From: an uncultured Planctomycetaceae bacterium
GTDB taxonomy: Bacteria > Planctomycetota > Planctomycetia > Isosphaerales > Isosphaeraceae
DNA: 64,000 bases
Direction: 5' to 3'
Assembly (NCBI GenBank): GCA_963833985.1
Contig: CAWIAD010000002.1
Location: forward strand, 5,312,001 to 5,376,000
The position numbers and the translations under genes were made by a program. The first letter of the stretch is position 1; every line of letters starts with the position of its first letter. Below are positions 10,249-20,413 of the stretch, piece by piece. The notes under the pieces are model-generated. The model did not search any database and was not told where the DNA came from. It saw only the letters and a program-made list of their open reading frames with translations.

Positions 10249-10629
10249 TCAGTACAGCGCAGCGGTGCGGAGGCAGGAGATGCAGTCGTGGTGGTTCACC
10301 AGGCCCCCGCGACCGCGCCCCTGCCCGCAGTGCGCCAGGCCTCCGCAGCCGCAATCGGTCTCGGACTCCCGGTACGGGCACGCGTACATCTGGTTGAGAA
10401 TGCTCCGCATTTCCGCCGCGTTGGGAAGGTCCGGAGAGGGGGACTTCGATCTGGGGTCATCGCCCGGCACCAGCGCTCCGGGTGTGAGAAGCGGGAGGTA
10501 GGCCGGGTTGTAAGCCGGGTGGTCCGGATCCACGAGCTCGCAGAGCCGTGGTACGTCGGTCCCCGCACAGTGCAGGCCCGGCGCGGTCGGACAGTTCGGG
10601 CACCGCGCCGGCTCAAGGGCGAGTTTCAT
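10249..10629 (-). CDS. Cys-rich protein, putative metal-binding tail-tip component
   Basis: CPNC..C..C, CPY..CGC..C..CISC; last gene of the tail module. Confidence 0.55.
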   Translation of the reverse strand: MKLALEPARCPNCPTAPGLHCAGTDVPRLCELVDPDHPAYNPAYLPLLTPGALVPGDDPRSKSPSPDLPNAAEMRSILNQMYACPYRESETDCGCGGLAHCGQGRGRGGLVNHHDCISCLRTAALY

Positions 10630-10654
10630 CGCGTGTGTCTCGGAAGGCTCCGCT

Positions 10655-11413
10655 TTACTGCGTGATCGTGAATGTGCTGTAGCCGTTGGCCCAGAGTACC
10701 GGGCAGATGTTGCTGTTGATGGAGTACTGAAGCAGAAAGGGACTGCAACTGTAACTCGAAAGCAGCAGCCCGAACGGGTCGGACCCCGGGCTGGTGCAAC
10801 TCTGGCTCTGGCCCCCGGGGCAGGTGCCGGAGAGGAAATACGTCACGTTGAACTGAGTTCCCCTCCCCGGGCACAAGAGCGAGAAGACCAGCTGGTTGGC
10901 GCAGGCCGAGATCCACTGGCCCGGGGGAACGAACGCGAGCGCGGCGGACCCGTTGCCCACCAGGTTGTTCTTCCAAGAGATTGTCAGATTCTGCCTGGGA
11001 AGGTTGCACGGGGAGCAGTTCAGCGAGGGTGTGGACCCGCCTGACTCGGCCACCCACCGGCCACCGACAGCCAGCGCCGGAAGGATCTGGCCGACCTGCG
11101 GTGGGGCGTTGCCGATGACCACCACCGGAATCTGGCGGGTCGCGTCCACCACGAATGCCGGCGCCGCTCCCTCCCGCTCCGTGCCACCAATCCGTACCGG
11201 GTTGACCAGGTAAACATGCTTCGTGTTCGAGGGCATGGCACCGCCGTTTGTCACCTGGCCCAGCAATCGGGGCGTACCCCGGGGCAGGCGTGCATGAGCG
11301 GCCAGTGCAACGGCCGCGAGACCGGGAGCAGGCGAGGCGGGCTCGCTTCGTTCCTGCCAGCGCAGCCGCAGCAGGCGCGTGGGATCAAGCTTCTGGCTGG
11401 ACCTGCCGATCAC
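10655..11413 (-). CDS. Putative tail-tip protein with Cys-rich C-terminal domain
   Basis: N-terminal domain is paralogous to 11429..11757; position after the hub gene. Confidence 0.55.
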   Translation of the reverse strand: MIGRSSQKLDPTRLLRLRWQERSEPASPAPGLAAVALAAHARLPRGTPRLLGQVTNGGAMPSNTKHVYLVNPVRIGGTEREGAAPAFVVDATRQIPVVVIGNAPPQVGQILPALAVGGRWVAESGGSTPSLNCSPCNLPRQNLTISWKNNLVGNGSAALAFVPPGQWISACANQLVFSLLCPGRGTQFNVTYFLSGTCPGGQSQSCTSPGSDPFGLLLSSYSCSPFLLQYSINSNICPVLWANGYSTFTITQ

Positions 11414-11428
11414 GAGTGGTCCCTCAAT

Positions 11429-11757
11429 TCAGCCGTCGTACCGGAAGGCCCAGCGCCCGCCACTGGCGTGCGCGATCACGATGGTGCCCACGGGAGGCAA
11501 CTGGCTGCCCACGTTGAAGGCGTAGAGAGTGCGCGTACTGTCGGCCGTGAATGACGCGGCCGCGCCCTCGTTCTCGAGGCCGTCGACCAGGACCGGATTG
11601 CACCCGTAGCACGCCCCTGCGGTGGTCGGATAGGCGGAGACGGCGGTGGTCTGAACCAGGATGGCAACGCCTCCATCATGGGCGAAGCCCGCGAGCCGAT
11701 CCGCGGCCGCCAGTGCATCGGCCTGGCGCTCGCGGAGAATGCGCGTGTCCATCATGA
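11429..11757 (-). CDS. Putative tail-tip protein
   Basis: 'NPVLVDGLENEGAA..ADSTRTLYAFNVGSQLPPVG..GGRW'; position in the tail module. Start approximate. Confidence 0.55.
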
Positions 11758-11795
11758 GTGCTTCACCAGGGTATCGAAGAAGGATCCAGGGCGGT

Positions 11796-13934
11796 TCACG
11801 GCAGCTCATCCGGCGCACGCCGGTCTGCCAGCTCAAGGATCGTCGACTGCCGTCCGGCGGCCAGATCCCAGGTCACCGCGACGACCACGGGGTAGACCGG
11901 CGACTCTCCCTGTCCCGTGCCGATATTTGTCTGGAACGAGATGTCGCGGCCGTTGATCTGGCCGATGCAATCGCCCACCCGGAAGGCGGTGATCAGGCTG
12001 GGAACGGTCACGCTGCCGGTGAGCGGCGGAAACTCATGCGCGGCGCGAAGCTGCTCGGCGTGCGCGATGGCGAGTTTCGTGTCGTCGCGCACGCTCACCT
12101 GCTGGCTACCGGAATTGTAGAGCGAGCCTGCGGCCACGGTCTCCAGGGCGAAGTGATCACGGGCATCCACTCTGCGGCGGATGGTGAAGGTCGTGGGGGA
12201 AGCCGGGCGCGGGGGGACAACCGCGGGAAGCATCAGGTCGTCATCGATCGTCGTGGTGAGTCGAAGCACGAAGCGCGTGTTCGGGCCGCCGGGGCTGGCC
12301 TGGCTGGTGACACCCCGCAGCGTCTGGCTGGGTTCCTGCGGGTTCGTTCCCGTGTAGTCGCCGATCGGCCATGATTCGGGATCTTCGATGGTGACGAGGA
12401 TGCCCAGCCGGTCTGGCAAGAGCTCCCAGCCGCCGGCGATCGGCTGCCAGGTTCCCGAGCCGTCCCAGACGCCGGGAACCGGACCCGCGTAATTCCTGGA
12501 GAGGGCAAGCTGGGCCTTCAGGGGCTGGCCCAGCGAATCCACCGAGAACAGGGTGTTTGACCCCGTCCGCAGCCTGCGCACGTACGTGAGGTTTCCCTTG
12601 GAGTCATCCGGGAAGATCGGCGAGAGGTCGAGCGCCCTGGCGACCCACTGGCCGCTGGAGGAGTCGTAGTGTCCATCGCCGGCCTCATCGGCCACGTAGT
12701 AACGGTACTTGCGGCGGATCTCACCGCTGGCCGTGGAAAGGTTCGTCCGCAGGAACTGGAGACGGTTTGCCGCGGTCTGGTCGCCGGCCGCGGCAGTGAA
12801 CCCAGGCGCCAGCACCACCGAAAGCTCGACACGCCTTTGCGTGGTCTCGACGGTGATCGCGTTGACGATGGACCGGCCGTCGTGCGCCAGGTTCAAGGCT
12901 GCCACGTTGCAGCGAGCCGGGTCGAGGGTGCTGCCGCTGGTGAGCAAGTCAAGGTTCAGCGGCGCGGCCTGGCTGGCACCGTCCTTGCGATAGAATTCCA
13001 GGGTCTGGCACGGGTTTCCCGAACCGTCCTCGGCGGTGACGAAGCGCATGCCGAAGCCGGCGTACCCGAGCTGAAGCGAGAGGGCGTCGGGCCAGGCCAG
13101 GTTGGTGGCGTCGAAGTCGCGGATCACCACGTCGGCCGCGGTGTAGTCGCTGGCGATCTCCGGGTCGAGATACCCCGATCCCGCCACCGGCGCACGGGTC
13201 TGGAGCAGCGCGTCGAGCTGCGAGAGATCGGGATTCTTCACGTAGGTTCCGTCGTTGCAGACGCTCAGGATGTAACGCGTGAACTTACCCAGGGTCCAGT
13301 AGGCGCGCGGGTCCGGCTGGCGGTCGAGGTTCTCATCCAGGAAGACGGGATATCCGATCGACGGGTTGGATTGGCTCACGTCGTAGCCGTCCGGCGTGCA
13401 GTTGGGCTGGCCGTTCGGGTTGAACCGGGTGGGCAGGTCCACGGACACCACCGCGCCGTTCTTGGGGTCGTCCGCATGCCGCTGGTAGCGGCCGCCGATC
13501 GGGCTGTCCCAGCATCGGATGGCCGCGCCCAGGGCCATGAACGAGACGCGCTGGGAGGCGGGGCCCAGGTCCACGCGGGGCACCTGGGCAAAGCCATCGA
13601 AGAGCACCCGGCTGCTGCCTGATGGGCCCGTCGCCAGCACGATGATTCGCTGATCATTCCGGACCACGTACGGACCCGCCGCGGCGAGCGGCCAGAGCAG
13701 CTCGAACTGCGAAGGGTAATCGACGGCGGCATCCGAATCGTCGAGCAAGTAGCTGAAGTGCGCCACCGGCGGCTCGGGACCTTCGCGATACTGGATTCGA
13801 TCACACCAGACATTGGGCAGGAGCGTGTAGCCCTCACCCGCCGGCTGAGTGGAATCGTACGCGAAGACCGCCACAACGGCCGCGCTGGTGGAAAGAGGCG
13901 CCGGGTAAGGATCAAGATCGAAGCTACCGGCCAT
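11796..13934 (-). CDS. Putative baseplate hub/tail-tip (Tal-like) protein
   Basis: 712 aa, beta-rich, downstream of the Dit-position gene; GAGAGGAGG RBS. Function inferred from position. Confidence 0.6.
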   Translation of the reverse strand: MAGSFDLDPYPAPLSTSAAVVAVFAYDSTQPAGEGYTLLPNVWCDRIQYREGPEPPVAHFSYLLDDSDAAVDYPSQFELLWPLAAAGPYVVRNDQRIIVLATGPSGSSRVLFDGFAQVPRVDLGPASQRVSFMALGAAIRCWDSPIGGRYQRHADDPKNGAVVSVDLPTRFNPNGQPNCTPDGYDVSQSNPSIGYPVFLDENLDRQPDPRAYWTLGKFTRYILSVCNDGTYVKNPDLSQLDALLQTRAPVAGSGYLDPEIASDYTAADVVIRDFDATNLAWPDALSLQLGYAGFGMRFVTAEDGSGNPCQTLEFYRKDGASQAAPLNLDLLTSGSTLDPARCNVAALNLAHDGRSIVNAITVETTQRRVELSVVLAPGFTAAAGDQTAANRLQFLRTNLSTASGEIRRKYRYYVADEAGDGHYDSSSGQWVARALDLSPIFPDDSKGNLTYVRRLRTGSNTLFSVDSLGQPLKAQLALSRNYAGPVPGVWDGSGTWQPIAGGWELLPDRLGILVTIEDPESWPIGDYTGTNPQEPSQTLRGVTSQASPGGPNTRFVLRLTTTIDDDLMLPAVVPPRPASPTTFTIRRRVDARDHFALETVAAGSLYNSGSQQVSVRDDTKLAIAHAEQLRAAHEFPPLTGSVTVPSLITAFRVGDCIGQINGRDISFQTNIGTGQGESPVYPVVVAVTWDLAAGRQSTILELADRRAPDELP

Positions 13935-13967
13935 GCGGCTTGCCTCCTCTCTGAAAAGCGCGAAGGG

Positions 13968-14758
13968 TCAACCGGTCAGCCCGGCCGCGCGGAGGTCATC
14001 CAGCAGCGCGTTCTGCACCTGAGCGACGTTCTCGACGAACTGGCGCAGGTTCTCATAAGCAAGGCGGAGGTTGTTCAGATCATTCGCCTGGGCATACGGC
14101 GTACCGCCTTGACCGGTGGCGATGCCGACAAAGGCAGTGGTCTCGACGATGGACGTGTAAGCGGCCAGCGTCCTGGTGGCCGTGCTGTAGACCTGAGTGT
14201 ACGGAGACGGCCGGGCGATTGGACTGGCTCCCCAGAAGCCCAGCTTCTGCGTCGCCGACGTGCCGATCTGCGTGCCCGTATTTGCTCCCAGCCCGATGCT
14301 GGCGCCATCGCCGAGCGTGCCGCCGGCCAGCGGCAGGAACGGCAGGGCGTCGCTGCCGGCCAGCGCGCAGACCACGCGGTCATCGTGCAGGCTGGTGACG
14401 CTGCCCGGGCCGGTGACGACCGTGGCCAGCGGCACGTGCGAGGTGGAGGGGTAACCGGTGCTGGAGACGGAGAGTGTTCCCGTGGGAAGGAGGTAAAGCA
14501 CGCTCGTCTGGCTGGCCCCCAGCGTCACCAGCGGCGCCCGGCGTACGTCGCCACGGTTCCGTTCTGCAACTGGTAGCTGCCGGCGGCCACCTGGACATTC
14601 AGGCTGGCGCTGGGGACCTCGGCCAGCGAGACGCAGAGCCCGCCCACTGGCGCCAGCGCGTCGAGCAGGTCGGCGTTGGCGTTCAGCGGCACGTTCCAGT
14701 TGCGGTCGGCCACCGCGGGCTTGCCCAGCTTGGCGTTCGGCGTGTATGTCGTTGACAT
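13968..14758 (-). CDS. Putative minor tail/fibre-adaptor protein (frameshift near 14525)
   Basis: 'MSTTYTPNAKLGKP..NWNVPLNANADLLDA' is a typical fibre N-terminus; C-terminal part 'QIGTSATQKLGFWGASP'. Confidence 0.6.
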
Positions 14759-14817
14759 GAACTCACTCGCATGTTGGATTCTGAAAATTCATCGGTCAGG
14801 CAAGACGACAATGATGA

Positions 14818-15510
14818 TCACTCCGGGCTGGGCTGCCAGCTCAGGGTGACCGCGCGGGACGCCGCGTCATAAGCGTACTTCAGCCTGCTGCCATCCGGAT
14901 AAGCCGCCGGCGGGCGCGGAGGGGCGTTGATGGCGAGCGTGGTCACGGCGGGCGTGCCCCGGTTGCCCGCGGCGTCCACCGGGACGACCGCGAACGACCA
15001 GTTGCCCGACGCGAGCCGCTTGCTGGTCCACTGGTACGAACTGGCTGACCGGCCGAACCCACCCTGGCCGTAGCCGCCCAGCCCGTAGCCGTCGGTGAGG
15101 ATGCCGCCGGGATAGGCTGGGATCTCGGCCAGCACCACGGTGTCGTCGACCGCGGCGCCGGGAGCGTTCGCGCCAAAGACCAGGAAGCCTGCCACGTCGT
15201 CGCTGCCGGTCGGGTCCAGATACGAGCCGCCCAGCCAGGAAAGCTGGGCGCGGTTCCCCGGCGCGGGGGGTAGCTGAGCCGAGAAATCCGTTGCCTCCTC
15301 ACCGGGCAGCACAGCCCCGATGTCAATGCGCACCTGGCTGACGGGCATGGTGATGGCCACCCAGCGCGAGGTGCCGTGCCACACCAGCGCGCCGGCGACA
15401 TAGACCTGGAAGACCGTGCCGGGGGGCGCGGATGAGGTCCACTCAAGCTGGAGCGCCGCGCCATCCCAGACCGGAGGCTTCACTTCGGTGATGGTGGATT
15501 GGTCAAACAT
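14818..15510 (-). CDS. Putative tail protein with FN3-like domain
   Basis: 'AQLSW..GFLVF..WSFAVVPVDAAGN' FN3-like pattern. Confidence 0.6.
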   Translation of the reverse strand: MFDQSTITEVKPPVWDGAALQLEWTSSAPPGTVFQVYVAGALVWHGTSRWVAITMPVSQVRIDIGAVLPGEEATDFSAQLPPAPGNRAQLSWLGGSYLDPTGSDDVAGFLVFGANAPGAAVDDTVVLAEIPAYPGGILTDGYGLGGYGQGGFGRSASSYQWTSKRLASGNWSFAVVPVDAAGNRGTPAVTTLAINAPPRPPAAYPDGSRLKYAYDAASRAVTLSWQPSPE

Positions 15511-15541
15511 TCCAGAAGATCACCCATGGGTTTGGCGGCCA

Positions 15542-15916
15542 TCAGGTCAGACCGTAGAACTGGGCCTTGTACGGCAAGGCCCATCCGCCGCCGGCCGTGA
15601 GGTAAGGGCCGCGCAGGTCGGGGACGAACTCGCCGCGGTAAATCACGTTGGGCCAGGCCCGGCCGCGTTGATCGACGAGGGTTCGCGCCACGCCATCGGC
15701 ATAGCTCTGGAGCAATGACTCGGCCGCGTTCAGGTCGTCCATCGTGTCGGCCAGCAGGATTCCCTGGATCAGGAAGGTCCGTCCGCGGCCGCCGCCAAAC
15801 AGAGTTTGCGTGCCCGTGACACCGAAGAACGCATTCATTTGCTGGGCGTTGGCGCTGGCGACTTGCTGCAACTGAACCGCAGCGCCGAAGATGTTGATGC
15901 CATCGTAGGTAACCAT
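15542..15916 (-). CDS. Putative distal tail (Dit-like) protein
   Basis: ~124 aa immediately after the TMP-position gene; GGAG RBS. Positional call. Confidence 0.5.
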   Translation of the reverse strand: MVTYDGINIFGAAVQLQQVASANAQQMNAFFGVTGTQTLFGGGRGRTFLIQGILLADTMDDLNAAESLLQSYADGVARTLVDQRGRAWPNVIYRGEFVPDLRGPYLTAGGGWALPYKAQFYGLT

Positions 15917-15978
15917 ATCTCCACTTGCTCCCATTCGATTCGGCCGCGAGATCGGGCGGAGCCGACAAGCCTCAAGCG

Positions 15979-16908
15979 TCAACCGTCGACACGGCCCCGG
16001 AAGGGCCGGGGCGCCGCGGCCGGGGAGGATGACCGGGATGTCTGTTGTGCCACGCGTTCGGCCGCTTCTTCGAGGCGGGTGACCGCCGCAAGCAGCTTGG
16101 AAGTCAGATCGCCCAGGAACTCCATGCCGCCGGAGTCGAACCCGGGCGGAACCGCGGAGGCCGATGCGACGGACCGGCTGCTTCGGAAGTCGTCCTTTCC
16201 TTGTCCGGTCCAGCGGGCGAGCGGGGCCGGATCGGCCGGGGCGTTCAAATGAGGCAGCATGCTGATCGGCGACTCCGAGTTCACGGTCGGTCCATCACCC
16301 ACGGAAGGGGTGCCTGGCGAGAGCGCCGGTGGACCATCCATGGGAAGGCCCGAGATGAGCATGCCGGAGAGGGGCTCATCCCGTTCCAGGTCGCCGGGCC
16401 CCGCACCGGAGGCCGCAGGGCCAATTGCTGGCGGTTCGCCGATCAACACCCGGTCCAGCGATGATCGATCCTGAAGCTGGAGCCCCTGCTGGTCTCCGCG
16501 AGTCGCGTGGTTCAAGCTCCCGAGAAGCGGCTCCAGGGCGGCACTGGTTTGCGTGACGACCGCGTTCATCGCCGGAAGCTGGGAATGCGCGCTCCTGGAA
16601 TCGGCAACGAACCGATCAAGCAGCGGTGTATCCAGGTGGGGAACAGGTCGCTCAGCTTGCAAAGAATGCTGTGGATTTGAAGTTGGGCCAGAATTGCCGG
16701 GCGCTTCCCCTGACACCCCGGCTGGCGCGATGACGGGCGGCCGCGGCGCGACCGTCAGCGGATCGTGGCCCTGGCCCTGCTCAAGGCCTGTCAGCGACGC
16801 CAGCTCCAGTCCGGCATCATGGATGAAAGGCCGCAGCGACTCATCGGCAGCCGCCACCTCCAGACGCAGTGTGCGGGTCTCGTCGGTATCTGGTCTTTGC
16901 GGGTTCAA
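15979..16908 (-). CDS. Short, low-complexity protein in the tape-measure position
   Basis: Lies between the TAC frameshift pair and the Dit-like gene; GAGGA RBS with TTG start; C-terminal helix 'LTSKLLAAVTRLEEAAERVA'. Confidence 0.45.
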   Translation of the reverse strand: MNPQRPDTDETRTLRLEVAAADESLRPFIHDAGLELASLTGLEQGQGHDPLTVAPRPPVIAPAGVSGEAPGNSGPTSNPQHSLQAERPVPHLDTPLLDRFVADSRSAHSQLPAMNAVVTQTSAALEPLLGSLNHATRGDQQGLQLQDRSSLDRVLIGEPPAIGPAASGAGPGDLERDEPLSGMLISGLPMDGPPALSPGTPSVGDGPTVNSESPISMLPHLNAPADPAPLARWTGQGKDDFRSSRSVASASAVPPGFDSGGMEFLGDLTSKLLAAVTRLEEAAERVAQQTSRSSSPAAAPRPFRGRVDG

Positions 16909-17087
16909 TCGTGCGTCCTCGACTCAGAGTCCATCTTATTCGGGAAGCATGGGGCCCTTGGTTGTCCTGGCGTGCCGAGCAGGGAGTCGGACCGGACCCT
17001 GCCTCCCCGGACCTCAAGCCCGGGTTCTCAGGTACGGAAGAATGCAGCGGAAACCTGCGACGTGGAAATCTGCGACGTGGAAGATTC

Positions 17088-17653
17088 TCAGAACAAGGCT
17101 TCGAGAGCGGCGTCCGCGGAGCGGGTGGAGAGGCTCTCGATCGCTTGCGCGGGTGGTCGCGCACGGCCGAGGGAAACGAGCATCAATGCGATGCCGATGG
17201 CGTCCTCCCAGGGCAGGTCCTGGGTGATCCCATTTGCAATCAGGGTGTGGCGGACCCATCGGCTGAAGGTTTTGGGGGACGGCCCAGAAGCACCTGGTTG
17301 ATCGCGGCCCAGCGCACTTCGCAGGCGGGGTCGGCCACGTCGATGACCAGGAGCGTGCGGAGGTCGGGGTCGGCAAGGTGGTAATTGCGGCACAGGAGCT
17401 CCGCGGCCATCTGAAACTGCAGGGCCAGGCGTCCGGCCGTGTCGGCGGGGTCGCAGTCCACCAGCCGATCGACCAGATCGTCGTAATCCCATCCATGGCT
17501 GAGCCCGCCCCCGACCGTCAGCTGGCCGTCGGCTCCCCGCACCGGGTAGAGCCGGAGCCAGGGCTTTGGAAAGGTCCACTCCTGGCCGTCACCGAGGATG
17601 ATCTTCGTCCCCTCGGTGAAGCCGGGCTGTCGCAGTGCGCGTTCATCAAGCAT
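17088..17653 (-). CDS. Tail assembly chaperone pair (G: 17240..17653; GT via -1 frameshift to 17088)
   Basis: In-frame slippery heptamer C CCA AAA (plus strand TTTTGGG, 17270-17276) leads into 'PKTFSRWVRHTLIANG..ALEALF'. Confidence 0.7.
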
Positions 17654-17945
17654 GGCCTGCCTCCTGCACGAGGAAGCCGTGCTCGGAGCCGTCGGGCTGC
17701 GGCACCCAGTGATAGCGGGGCTTGCCTTCGCGATCATTACCGACCGGAAATTGCAAGGTGTCGAGCGGGTCGGCCGTCACGAACAGCCGGCCGCCCGGCT
17801 GGCGGCGGATGTAAGCGCGCTGGCCGCGCGAGCGGTCCACGTTCAGCAGCGGCTCGGCGACTGCCAGGATGGAATCGATCCGGTCAAGCTGTGTCTGGCC
17901 CTTCTTCCATGCCTCGGGAAGAAGGAGTGCATCGGGAGAATTCAT
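17646..17945 (-). CDS. Hypothetical phage protein
   Basis: Stop overlaps the TAC start; co-oriented. Confidence 0.55.
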   Translation of the reverse strand: MNSPDALLLPEAWKKGQTQLDRIDSILAVAEPLLNVDRSRGQRAYIRRQPGGRLFVTADPLDTLQFPVGNDREGKPRYHWVPQPDGSEHGFLVQEAGHA

Positions 17946-18009
17946 GGTGATATTGGGGAATGCGAATGGAGAATGCGGAAGCGGGAACACGCAGGTCGGC
18001 AACCCGTGA

Positions 18010-19775
18010 TCAGCGGCCGGGCGAAGCGGACCGCTCCCAGACTTGCCAGGACGGGCCGGCCTCAAGCTGCGTCCAGTTGTGATGGGTCAGGTACGGGGGA
18101 ACGGGCTGGTCCGGGCGAAGACCCACGTAGCGAACGCGCAAGCGGTCGAGCGTGGGCTCGGGGTCCCTGACCACATCGTCGAAGGCGGCAAGGCGATTGG
18201 CAATTCTGCGGCGGGAGTCGGCGGGGTCCCGGGTCCACGGTCCCCAGCTGGCACCTGACCCGGTCTGAAATGTCCGCTTCTGGGAAGCCTCGAACATCTC
18301 GCGGCTCTCGCCCAGCAAGAAATGATTGAGCGCCACCCGCTGGTCCAGCTCGGCGTCGGTCACACCGGGACTGAGGAACACCCAGTAATTGTCCAGGGGC
18401 CGCTGATTCTCGAGGATCGACGCGAGACTGACGAACCGATCCTCGCCGGCGACCGTGGAGTTGGCGGCAAGCCGCGCGGCTGGCCCGGTCAATCGCTGTT
18501 TCTCGTAATTCTGAAACGCTTGAACCTGCTCGAGACCTGCCTGGGCACGCGCCCCTCGGCGGCGCGCAGGCCCACACCCATGAGGACATCGGCAATTGTC
18601 AAGAGTGCCAGCAGCGCCAGCCCCAGACGTGCTTTCCATCCGCGCTGCGGTAGCATCGAGGCAGCCATGGCCAGCTGCAAGAGCGAGGAGCATGGGCCCC
18701 AGAGGTACATCCAGTGATAGTTCTCAACGTTCAAGCCAGTGAATACATGATTTTTGAAAAGCAGCAAGCCGGCCAGGCCCATGGCCCAGAGGTAGACGAG
18801 CTCGCGCCGGCGCATCCAGACCCAGACCAGGCTGGCGGCCAGGACCAGGCTGGCCACCAGTGGGAACCTCATGTCCGTGAAGCGAGCGACGTGCACGAAC
18901 TTGTCGGACCGGATCAGCCAGTCCGGCGCCGAGTTTTGCTTGAGCGAGAAATCGTGGAAGAGGCGGAAGCTCCCCAGCACGCCGCCGACCAGTCCGGTCC
19001 AGAGATACACACGGCGATGGCCCGGGTCGATCAGGAATGCCAGGGCGAGCGCCGAGGTCGCCGTGGTCCAGAAGTAGGGGTAAACATGGAACAGAAGCCC
19101 GTAGCTCAGGCCCGCGAGTGCCAGGGACCAGGTCGTCGGCGACTGGCGCGCGCGGACGACCAGCCAGAGGTTCAGCAAGAGATAGGCCATGGTCAGCGCG
19201 GGAGTGGCCACGCGCCATTCCGCGTGAAAGAAGTCTCCGCCCGTCGGGTTCGAGCTGCCGCCCAGTACAGCCGCAGTGGCCTGAGCCTGGCGGAAGAACA
19301 GGCCACAGGAGAGTAGCCCCGCGTCCACGAGCAGGATCACGGTGAGTGCCGCGGCGATCCAGGGCCGCGGGAGGACTTGCCGGACGAGCAGGTACCAGGT
19401 GATCCCCAGGCTCAGCCCAGAGAGGATGCGCCACCAGAGGTCGATTGCCAGCGGCCCGCCTCCAGACGCCCATGCCAGCCAGACGCCAGGCAGCAGTGGA
19501 AGCTGCCGGAAGAGGCTGGCACCGCCGGAGACCAGGACGGGATCCGAGAGGTAGGCCGGATGATTGAAGTATGCCTGGCTTCCCAGGGCGAGCATGAACA
19601 GCTCGTCCCCGTTGCCGATCCAGATCAACACCCCGCGACTGAACCACTGCACCACCGCGGGAAGCAACGCCATGACCAGGCCCACGATCAGGCAGGTCGT
19701 GATGGGCAAGAGCTCGGCCAGAGACCGGCGATCGTGTTCACCCTGGAGTGCGGTCTCGGATGCAAGTCGAGTCAA
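18010..19775 (-). CDS. Multi-pass membrane protein, possibly GT-C-fold glycosyltransferase (frameshift near 18540)
   Basis: About ten hydrophobic segments, 'NGDE' after TM1, 'YPYFW', and a soluble C-terminal domain in ORF 18010..18693. Confidence 0.6.
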
Positions 19776-19945
19776 CGGTTTCCTGCCCTCTGGGACATGA
19801 CCCGGAGATCACGGGATCAAGGCTGACGCCATGGCGACACAGCGGGAGGTCGCGCACCCCAAGAGAATACCCGCTGAGTCGATGCGTGGCGAGCCTGGAT
19901 CACCCCGGCCGGCGGGGCACCGAGGTGGAATGCACCGGAGGTTGC

Positions 19946-20362
19946 TCAAGCCCGGGTAAAGCTCAGCGGGTTGGTTTTTCCATCGCTGGAGAAGGCCACG
20001 AGCTGGAGCGTTGCGGTGCCGAATTCGTTGTGCGAGCCGGAGGTCTGGACGTTCTCGCAGACGGCGTTGGCCATCACGTAAAGAATGTCGCCGCCAGTCG
20101 CCCCGGCCGCATCCTTGTGAGTCGCGCTGAAGGATGCGTTGGTACCCGGTGCGATGCCCATCAGCGTTGCGGTATCGGCGCTCGTGACCGAGGCGCGAGG
20201 CTTGTTCATGAGGTTCACAACCACCGTGGGGTAGTGATCCCCGTCCGCCGAGTATGATGCCAGCGAGCCACCCTGGGAGAAGGTCACCTGGGAGACCCGG
20301 GTGATGCTCGTGGTCCCAAGGGAGACCGCCGTCCAGTTTGCTTGCAGCCTGGTTGCCGCCAT
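19946..20362 (-). CDS. Putative tail tube protein
   Basis: 138 aa, beta-rich, between the terminator-like gene and TAC; GAGGAG RBS. Confidence 0.65.
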   Translation of the reverse strand: MAATRLQANWTAVSLGTTSITRVSQVTFSQGGSLASYSADGDHYPTVVVNLMNKPRASVTSADTATLMGIAPGTNASFSATHKDAAGATGGDILYVMANAVCENVQTSGSHNEFGTATLQLVAFSSDGKTNPLSFTRA

Positions 20363-20413
20363 GGAAGAAACTCCTCTGCCAGGTCATGACCTGTTCTGGA
20401 GAAAGGGAAACAC

